DNA from: an uncultured virus (IMG/VR IMGVR_UViG_3300008262_006132)
Lineage: Duplodnaviria; Heunggongvirae; Uroviricota; Caudoviricetes
DNA: 64,000 bases
Virus record (IMG/VR): IMGVR_UViG_3300008262_006132
Span: 62,001-126,000 of that record
Strand: one strand, 5' to 3'
The notes beneath the pieces are model-generated. The model did not search any database, was not told the DNA's origin, and was given only the letters and a program-made list of their open reading frames with translations. The translations under genes were made by a program, and so were the position numbers. This document shows positions 48,496-57,900 of the stretch, in pieces (within the stretch, counting starts at the first letter, position 1; every line of letters starts with the position of its first letter).

Positions 48496-49188
48496 ATGAT
48501 AAAAACAAGCGAAGATGCTAATAAATATTACCAACTAGTTAATCAATATATCGATGAGTATGTTGAAACCTGGAATATTAAACCAACAAATTTAAAATCT
48601 TACCTACTTGGAAATAAATCTAATTTACTAAAATTTTTAGAAAGAAGAGGATTGTCCGAAGTATCAAATATTGAAACTGTATTGTCGGATGTTATTGATG
48701 ATAGAGTCTCAATGTTTAAAGACTCTGTAATGACTTTTGAAAATTTTAAGTTCCTAGAATCAAATGAATTTCAAATACTTGATTTAAGAACTAGTTTATT
48801 CAAAGGAGTGCAAAAAGCTTCTATAGATCATGAAAAGATATTAGCTGACTTTTTCGACGTATCTCTATCACAAATTGATGTTATTAACAGTGATGAGCAT
48901 ACTTTTTCAATTGACAATGATAAAATTTATGTATTTTCTAACTCTGAAAAATTAATATTAGAAGAAAATATATTGATTCATATTTATAATAAACTTAAAG
49001 ATCAAAAATTAGTTATTAATATTGGAAATCAATTAATTGAAATTTCTTCTGATGTTTATTTAAAGACATATGAAGATTTCAAAACAAAAATGACTATTAA
49101 AGACGAGTTATCAAACTATATCGCAGCATGTCTTGGTGGAGAATTCAAAGAAGACAATGCAGGAAATTTGATAATCAATATCATGTAA
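48496..49188 (+). CDS. Hypothetical protein
   Basis: 230-aa ORF, TATATA 5' of ATG. Confidence 0.7.
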   Translation: MIKTSEDANKYYQLVNQYIDEYVETWNIKPTNLKSYLLGNKSNLLKFLERRGLSEVSNIETVLSDVIDDRVSMFKDSVMTFENFKFLESNEFQILDLRTSLFKGVQKASIDHEKILADFFDVSLSQIDVINSDEHTFSIDNDKIYVFSNSEKLILEENILIHIYNKLKDQKLVINIGNQLIEISSDVYLKTYEDFKTKMTIKDELSNYIAACLGGEFKEDNAGNLIINIM

Positions 49189-49221
49189 CATCATGATTCA
49201 CTAAACTAATATTTCTCGCCT

Positions 49222-49488
49222 ATGAAATACCTTGAATGTTGGAGTGAATGGAATCCTAAACATTTGTTAATGTCTAAAGAATATGTGGATTCTAATTTAG
49301 GACAATTGTTTCGTATGTTCCCTCAAGATTCTGAATTGTCTGATGAGGCTAAGTATGATTTTCTTGTCAAATTTTTCTCTGAAGATCCTGATAGAATAAA
49401 CACTTATAGTGTTTATAGTGTGGGTAAACCTAATCAAATGAGTGTACCTTCTCTTATGAATATTGGAGGTGTTGTGAAATACCACTGA
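49222..49488 (+). CDS. Hypothetical protein
   Basis: 88-aa ORF. Confidence 0.6.
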   Translation: MKYLECWSEWNPKHLLMSKEYVDSNLGQLFRMFPQDSELSDEAKYDFLVKFFSEDPDRINTYSVYSVGKPNQMSVPSLMNIGGVVKYH

Positions 49489-49531
49489 TGATATTATCGA
49501 GAATCTCGATAAATAAAAAATAAATTGAACT

Positions 49532-49834
49532 ATGGACGTTTTCTCATTTTTTAACACCGTACTTGCACTTTCTGCTGCAGTTATTGTTCTTAACGAATAT
49601 GTTTCACGTTTCACTAAGGCTGATGGCCGTTGGTCTAGACTTCAATCTTGGGTAGTTGCTATTTTACTTGGTATCTTTGGTACTTGGTTGAATTTAGGCA
49701 TCTTCGCAGATATGGAATGGAAAGGTGGAATGCTTGTTGGTGTTATTTGTGGTCTAGTGGCTAATGGTATCTTTGATATCGAAATGGTTAAGAGACTTCT
49801 TGAGACTCTCAGAGTTAGATCTTTGAAAGCTTAA
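49532..49834 (+). CDS. Small membrane protein, holin-like
   Basis: Three hydrophobic segments, GLVANGIFD, basic C-terminus. Confidence 0.6.
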   Translation: MDVFSFFNTVLALSAAVIVLNEYVSRFTKADGRWSRLQSWVVAILLGIFGTWLNLGIFADMEWKGGMLVGVICGLVANGIFDIEMVKRLLETLRVRSLKA

Positions 49835-49850
49835 TTTTATTTTATTAATA

Positions 49851-49878
49851 AAAAAACCCAGTCAATTGACTGGGTTTT
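49851..49878. terminator. Bidirectional intrinsic terminator
   Basis: aaaacccagtcaa/ttgactgggtttt palindrome between convergent genes. Confidence 0.8.
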
Positions 49879-49893
49879 CTTTTGAGTTAATTT

Positions 49894-51117
49894 TTAGTTG
49901 AAGAAATCTCCTGCGTCGAAAGATTCACTGTCCGGTATTTCTTCGTCAGATTCGACTATTTGGTTGAATTGTTTTTCAACCTGCTCAATCTCTTCTAGAG
50001 ATTTGAATCTGAAGTAGTCATTTACTATTGGTGCCATTTTTTCTAACACTTCTTGAGTGAAGATTTCGGGTGTGAATAACTGTTTAGTAGTAACAGATTT
50101 GTCTAGATGATTTATGTACCATCTATTACCGCCTGGTATGAATGTCATTTCTCCCGTTTTCTTGTCGACTTCCATCTTTCCTTGTGCTATTCCAATTTGT
50201 TCGAAATACTCGGCTCTACAGAATGCATCTAGACCAGTATATGGGTTCATTCCGTTTGCAAAAGAGATATCAAATCTAATTTTTTTCGGTTTAGCTAGTC
50301 GGTTTTTTTGTGTTTTGAAGAGAACCGTAATGCCTGATCCACCTAAGTCCATATCATCTTCTTCTCCTGTTTTCAATTTGGATTTAGTCATAAATCCGAT
50401 TACTGATGCTGAATATAGAAGTGATAAACCGCCTTTCATGACAGCTTGTGGAAAAAGGTCCATAGTCAAGTAAGTATGGTTACATACGATCATTGGTATA
50501 TCTAGATAACCAAGGTCATTATTAATAGATCTAAACATAGAACCGATTGCTTTGGCTTTAGTCATGTCTTGTTTTATATCACCTTTCAAAAGATCAGCTT
50601 TCTCTTTATTGGATGCCATTTGACCTAATGAGTCTAATACTATCATTAATTTTGGCAACTCGAATCCAGCAAGTTTCTGTTCTTTTAATTCATCTATTAG
50701 TTGAGTTAGTGTAATGTTTATGTCTTCAACTTTATTAGATCTGACTAGTCTGAAATTTTCTAAGTCATTACTTACACCGAATTTGGGAAGATCTTCTAAG
50801 TCTACCGCCTGTTCTGTGTCGATGTAAATGACAGAATATCCTGCTTTCTGAGCGTTTTTAGCACAAGAGTATGCTAAGAATGACTTTCCAGCTCCTGACT
50901 CTCCCGCGAATACACTAATTCTGTTTGTTGCTACACCTCCATTTAATAGTCGTCCAGACATTGCTGCGTCTACTATATAAACACCTGTCGATATAAATTT
51001 CTTTTCTTTTATTTCTTTCTCAACTTGGATTGGAACTGTCTTCGAAATGTTATCTAAAATAGAACCAATCTTAGAGAACTCAAACTTCTTGACTTCTTTT
51101 GCTTGTTGTTTTGCCAT
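49894..51117 (-). CDS. uvsX: UvsX/RecA-like recombinase
   Basis: FISTG, GESGAGKS, YIDTE, VLDSLG, MKGG, KNR motifs. Confidence 0.88.
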   Translation of the reverse strand: MAKQQAKEVKKFEFSKIGSILDNISKTVPIQVEKEIKEKKFISTGVYIVDAAMSGRLLNGGVATNRISVFAGESGAGKSFLAYSCAKNAQKAGYSVIYIDTEQAVDLEDLPKFGVSNDLENFRLVRSNKVEDINITLTQLIDELKEQKLAGFELPKLMIVLDSLGQMASNKEKADLLKGDIKQDMTKAKAIGSMFRSINNDLGYLDIPMIVCNHTYLTMDLFPQAVMKGGLSLLYSASVIGFMTKSKLKTGEEDDMDLGGSGITVLFKTQKNRLAKPKKIRFDISFANGMNPYTGLDAFCRAEYFEQIGIAQGKMEVDKKTGEMTFIPGGNRWYINHLDKSVTTKQLFTPEIFTQEVLEKMAPIVNDYFRFKSLEEIEQVEKQFNQIVESDEEIPDSESFDAGDFFN

Positions 51118-51131
51118 GATTAAAATATTTT

Positions 51132-51425
51132 TTATTTATACTTTATATCAGTGGACTCACTCAAAGTTACTAGAACTTTGTTTAAATTTTCTAAATTAAA
51201 TTCTTGTAGTGGACTGCCTCCTTTTTTAAGGTAGTCGTTATAGAGATTTAAGTATTCATCATAGGTAACCATTACTCCAAAGATATCTGAGTAAAGAACA
51301 TCTACTAACCCAACCTTTTTCATAGGAGAATTATCCTGTTCTGGATAGTTTGGACCCATATGTTTTCCAACTAGTTCTGTTCCAGAAATAGCTTCAACAA
51401 ATTTATTATATCTTTTAATTTTCAC
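51132..51425 (-). CDS. Hypothetical protein
   Basis: 97-aa GTG-start ORF with MKIKRYNKFVE tag. Confidence 0.65.
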   Translation of the reverse strand: MKIKRYNKFVEAISGTELVGKHMGPNYPEQDNSPMKKVGLVDVLYSDIFGVMVTYDEYLNLYNDYLKKGGSPLQEFNLENLNKVLVTLSESTDIKYK

Positions 51426-51427
51426 TT

Positions 51428-51883
51428 TTATACTTTTAACTTTTCATAGAACTCATCAGATGATTCTAGAGAGTATATATCTTTTTTTAAGTTATAAATT
51501 ATATTGTATAGAAAATTGTCTTTCATTTTAAAAGTAGATCCGTCTTTTAGATTTATAATTGAAACTTCATCTTCATCTAGGTTTTCTATTTTAACTATTT
51601 GCAGTCCTAATTTTCCATCTCTGTCTTTGAGATCACATATAATTTTCTTTTTGGAGTCTATGAGAGAGTTGATTTTTTCTACTGTCGTTAATCTAGACAG
51701 CATTGCAAAGCTTTTTAAATCATCGTCATTAATATCTTTATAAGTTTCAAGAAAACTCTTCTCTTTGCCATTTAGCCGCACTCTTTTAGTTATCTTATCT
51801 AGAATAAGATTTAACTCCATTTCTTTTAAACTTTCTGGAATTCTAAAATTTTGTAAAATTTTCTTGAATTTCATATCAGGCAT
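51428..51883 (-). CDS. Hypothetical protein
   Basis: 151-aa ORF, AATATATA upstream. Confidence 0.65.
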   Translation of the reverse strand: MPDMKFKKILQNFRIPESLKEMELNLILDKITKRVRLNGKEKSFLETYKDINDDDLKSFAMLSRLTTVEKINSLIDSKKKIICDLKDRDGKLGLQIVKIENLDEDEVSIINLKDGSTFKMKDNFLYNIIYNLKKDIYSLESSDEFYEKLKV

Positions 51884-51962
51884 AGTTTTCAGTGGTTTTC
51901 ATACTTATATATTAAGAAATAAACATATTATTTATATATACTCTGTAAATTAAAGTTATTTA

Positions 51963-54900
51963 ATGGATAGAGAGTTAATTGAAGGTTTAAGTAATTTATC
52001 TGCTTCTCTTGATAGAATTTATGAGGCATTAACCAGATCTGGTGATCCTAAATCTGCTACAGCTGCTGCCTTAAAAATGGGAAATTTTGAGGAACAGATC
52101 AAGCAAATTACTATGAGTATAGTTCAGATAAAAGAAGATACTCAGAAAATCTTAAATCAGCAAGATACTATTCTTAAAATGTTGAGAGAAGGTAAAGATA
52201 CACCTAATGAAACCAAAATTAAAAAAATCCCTTCTGAACCAACAACTCCTAAAATCGGAAGACAGAAATTAGAAGAGAATCAAGAAAATGTAAGAGATAC
52301 TAAGAGTAAAGACACTACAGACACTTCATTTTCTAAGTTAAAAAAGTTTTTTACGGAGTTAACAACTACTAAAATTGCGAAAGAAAGACAAGAGAACACT
52401 AAAGACTCTTCGATTTCTAAATCGGAAAATATTCAATCCGAATTAACAACTACTAAAATTGCAAAGGAAAGACAAGAGGACAACAAAGATTCTTCAATCT
52501 CTAAATCAGAAAAGATTCAATCCGAATTAACAACTACCAAAATTGCAAAAGAAAGACAAGAGGATACAAAGGTTCTAAAACTAGAAAAACAAAGTTCGTC
52601 CGAAGGTTTTTTAACTAGATTACATACTATATTAAAAAGAGAAAAAGAAGAATCAATAGAAGAAAGGAAGAGTAAGGCAGTGACATCTGATCTAACCACT
52701 ATGAAGATGTCTAAAGATATAGAAAAAGATAAAAGAACAGAATTCAAAGAAACTCCTGTTAAAACTAAAGGAGAGGTTAGTTTTTGGAATCGACTTTTTC
52801 CTAATAAATCAATTAATGAGAAGGTTAAAATTCTTTCTGACTATTTTACTAAAGGTATTATATCGAAAGATGATAAAAAGGTAAAGAAAACAGACACTGA
52901 ACTTACGACAGTCAAGATACAAATTGAGAAACAATACGGTGGTAGGACGACCAAAGAAGATAAAACTGTTAAGGCATTTAGTAAAGAACCAACAACTGTG
53001 AAGGTTTCTAGGGATAGAAAAGAAGATAGTAAAGATTCAAAAGACTCAAAAATAAAAAAAGTCTCAGAAGAACCGACTACAACAAAAGTAGCAAAAGAGA
53101 AAAGAGATGAAAGAAGAGAATCCAAAGAAGAGAAATCAAAAGGTGGCATGTTTGGAAGCATGGACACTAAGAAAATCAAAGATGGAGTTTCTGCAATTTT
53201 ACTTATCGCAGTTGGAATTGTAGCAATTGGTCTTGCTCTTAAACTAGTTGGTAAAGTAGATTTTGTGTCAGTAATGGCAATAGCACTTGCACTTCCATTA
53301 ATCGCTATAGCATTTGCTAAAATAGCTTCAGTTTTCTCAGGTAAAGAGGTAACTGATGAGAGAGGTAGAAAGTCTAGAAGCGCAGCAATCGATATTAAAC
53401 AACTACCCGCTATCATTTTAGGGTTAGTTGGGTTTTCTGCAGCTATCACCGCATCGTCATATATCTTGAGTAAAGTAAAACCAATTGGATTAGCACAAGC
53501 CGTGACCGCAATTTTGATAGGTGGAGTTTTTTCCGCACTTTCATTTGGTCTACATAGACTTGTTGGAGCTTTTGGTAAGATGAGTTTATTAGGAGGTGTA
53601 AAAGCCGTTTTATTTATGCCAGTAGTTCTGGTTGCGGTATCAACTGCAATTGCACTATCTTCTTATGTACTTAGCGCTGTCAAACCAATTGGTATTTTTC
53701 AGGCAGTCACTGCTATTTTGATTGCTGGTGTATTTTCAGTTCTAGGATATGGAATTGGAAAATTAATAAGAGCATTTAGAGGTATAGATCCAGTAACTGC
53801 ATTTATGGCCGCTAAAATGATGCCTATTGTATTACTTGCAGTAACTGCGACTATTGCTGCCGCCTCTTACCTACTTTCAGCGGTGAAACCAATAGGATTC
53901 TTTCAAGCACTGACCGCAATATTAATTGCTGGTGTATTCACAGTATTATCTTTTGGTATAGGTAAAATAATAGGTTCTTTTAGAAGAATAGATCCAGCGA
54001 CAGCTCTTGCTGCTACGGCCATGATGCCTTTGATATTTATAGCTCTTTCATTCTCAATCATGATGTCTTCATATTTCTTAGGGAATGTTAAAGTAATTGG
54101 GCTATTTCAAGCACTTACTGCTATTGCAATATCTATAGTTTTTGTAGCACTTTCTTTTGGTCTTGCTAAGATTTTACCGGCATTTAGACGGTTATCACCA
54201 GCTGACATAACAAAAGCAGCAATAGGAATGCCTATTATATTCACCGCACTTTCACTAGCAATAATGGTTTCTTCATACTTTATTTCGGGTGTTAAGCCAA
54301 TAGGATTTGCTCAGTTTTTAACAGCACTTGGAATTTCTATTTTATTTGTAGGGTTTGCATTTGCAACTAAATTTATAGTCAAAGGTCTTAAAGGAGTAAC
54401 CACTGCTCAAGTAGTTAACGCCATGAAAATGCTACTAATAGTCGCAACTACAGTAGCGATTGCTAGTTTCATAGTTTCTGTTGCTCCTTCTGTACCATTT
54501 ATGAAGACGTTACAATTCGGTCTTCTAGGAATAGGACTTGGAGCTACAACAGTTGTGATGGCCATTGCAATCAAGACAATTAAAAAAATTGGATTAGGAT
54601 TAAAAGATATTTTGACTGGTGGTCTGATGATTTTAGCAATAGCAACAACTATCGCACTTTCTTCTGTGATTCTTAATATGGGTACTTATGAAAAGTATCC
54701 AAGTTGGAAATGGGCACTTGGAGTAGGAGCATCTCTTGTTGGATTTGGACTAGCGGCTGTAGTTTTGGGTTCTATTGCATCTTCTGGAATTGGAGCTCTT
54801 GCAATTCTTGCAGGACTCGCTTCAATTCTTGCAATAGCTGGTACTATTGTATTGACAGATAAAATAATTTCAGCAGGTACTTATCAAAAGTATCCAGGTG

Positions 54901-57900
54901 CAAAATGGATTCTTGGAGTCGGAGCTACTATGGTAGGATTCGGTCTCGCTGCAGTTACATTAGGCGGTATAATAGTCGGCACACTTGGATTAGGAGGTCT
55001 CGCTATTGCTGCTGGACTAGTCGCAGTTATCGGTATTGCTGAAACGATTGTTAAAGTAGATAAGATTATTGCCAAGGGTAATTATACGAAATCTCCTGGT
55101 GTGAGATGGATTCTCGGAGTTGGATCCTCGATGGTTGGATTCGGACTTGCCGCGGTAACACTAGGTGGAATAATAGTCGGTACTTTAGGTTTAGGAGGAT
55201 TGGCCATCAAAGCTGGACTTTCTGCAGTTGAATCAATTGCAAAAACTATAGTGAAGACTGACAAAATATTAAGTGCTGGTCAATATACAAAGTACCCAGG
55301 TGCTGCTTGGGCTTTAACAGTTGGTTCAATTATTACAGCGTTTTCTACAGCAGTATTATTATTGGGTGCTGTTAGTTCAGGAGGAGGTCTCTTGCAAAAG
55401 TTGAGTCTTGGATTAGTAAAAAACCCATTAGAGTCAGGAATACAAGCAATAAAGAAAATAGCTCAAGCTATAGTAGATGTAGATAAAAAGTTAGCTGAAG
55501 GTAGTTATACTAAAGGTCCGAATCCTACTTGGGCAAAAGGCATTTCCGCATCACTCTCTGCATTTTCACCAATTTACAGAATGTTATTAGCTGAAAAACT
55601 TATGAGTTTCATAGGTGGTGTCTCCGCTAAAGACTTTGCGCAAGCTATAAAAGTAATTTCTGGTGGAATAGTAGATTCCGCAAAACTCTTTGAAAGCGCA
55701 AAAGTTGCCTTTAAAAATGGACCACCAGTTACTTGGTCAAAAGGTGTAAGTGCTTCACTCGGTGCGTTCTCATCAATATACTCACTACTCGTAAAAGATA
55801 AAATTATGAGTATTTTTGGATCAGGAATCTCACCGAAAGATTTTTCTCAAGCTATTAAGACAATTTCTGGTGGAATAGTAGATGCCGCAAAATTATTTGG
55901 AAATGCTGCTGTAGCGTTTAAGAACGGGCCACCAGTTGAGTGGGCTAAGGGTATCAGTAAAGCACTTGGTGCTTTTTCATCTATCTATTCACTTCTAGTT
56001 AAGGATAGAATAATGAGTATATTTGGTTCTGGTGTATCACCTAAAGACTTCTCGCAAGCGATTAAGACAATTTCTGGTGGTATAGTAGATTCTGCAAAGT
56101 TATTTGACAAGGCGTCTGTTGCATTCAAGAATGGTCCACCAGTTGAATGGGCAAATGGAGTTAGTAAATCTTTAGGAGCATTCTCATCTATATACAAATT
56201 ACTAGCAAGTAATTCTGGTTGGTGGAAAAGTGGTGTCGATCCAAAAATGTATGCACAAGCTATAGTTACAATTACGAATGGAATTGTGACTGCGGCAAAG
56301 GCTTTCGGGTCGGCGTCAGTAGCATTTAAAAATGGTCCACCTGTTGAGTGGGCTGATGGGGTTGGTAAGTCACTCTCAGCGTTTCAGCCTATTTATGAAC
56401 TATTATTAAAAAATTCTGGTTGGTGGAAGAGTGGTATAGATCCTAAAATGTATTCTCAAGCAATTGTGACTATAACTAGTGGTATAGTCACTGCTGCAAA
56501 GGCATTTGGTTCCGCATCGGTGGCGTTTAAAAATGGTCCACCGGTTGAATGGGCCGATGGAGTTGGTAAGTCACTAGCTGCCTTTCAACCTATATATGAG
56601 TTATTACTTAAAAATACTGGATGGTGGAAAAGTAATATAGATCCAAAGAAATATGCACAAGCTATAGTCACTATAACTGGTGGTATAATCACCGCGGCTA
56701 AATCATTTAGTCAGGCTTCTGTTGCATTTAAAAATGGACCACCAGTCCAGTGGGCCGAAGGTGTTGGTAAGGCTCTTTCAGCATTTCAACCGGTATATGA
56801 ATTACTGGTTAGAAATTCAAGTTGGTGGAAAAGTTCAATAGATCCTAAGAAATACGCTGAAGCGATAGTAACGATTACTGGTGGAATTGTAACTGCTGGT
56901 AAAGCATTCGGAGCAGCGGCTGTTGCATTTAAAAATGGTCCACCAGTTCAGTGGGCTGAAGGTGTCGGTAAAGCACTTTCAGCGTTTCAACCAGTCTATG
57001 AGATGTTGGTAAGAAATGCTAGTTGGTGGAAAAGTTCAATAGATCCTAAGAAATATTCAGAGGCTATACGAACGATTAGTAGAGGAATTACTGATGCCGC
57101 AATAGTGCTGTCTACCGCATCTGTTGCATATAAATTTTATCCAACAGAACAGTGGGCTTCTGGTGTAAGTAGAGCACTTACTGCATTTCAACCAATTTAT
57201 AAGATTTTACAGAAAGATTCTGGATGGCTCAGAAGTGGTATTTCTCCAAAGATGTATGCCGATGCTATAAAGACAATTACAACTGGTATTCGAGACTCAG
57301 CGATGATTTTAGCACAAGCTTCGATTGCCTATAGAATGTTTCCAACAGTACAGTGGGCAAACGGTGTAAGTAGAGCTCTTAGTGTGTTCCAACCAATTTA
57401 TAAAATTTTAGAAAAAGATTCTGGATGGTTGAGGTCTAATATATCACCAGAAAAGTACGCTAAAGCAATCAAAACAATAACTACTGGTATTCGAGACTCA
57501 GCGATGATCTTGGCTTCAGCTTCTATTGCTTATAGAATGTTCCCAACAGTTCAGTGGGCAAACGGTGTGAGTAGAGCTCTTAGTACTTTTCAACCAATAT
57601 ATAAGATTCTACAAAAAGATTCGGGTTGGTTCAGAAGTAACATATCTCCAGAGAAATATGCAACAGCTATAAAAACTATTACAACTGGAATAAGAGACTC
57701 GGCTGTGATTTTAGCCTCAGCTTCTCTTGCTTATAGAATGTTCCCAACAACACAGTGGGCAGACGGAGTTAGTAAGGCTTTAAGTACCTTTCATCCAATA
57801 TACAAGATATTACAAAAAGATTCAGGTTGGTTTAGAAGTAATATATCACCTGATAAGTATGCCGCGGCTATTCGTACTATTAGTCAAGGTATAGTTGATT

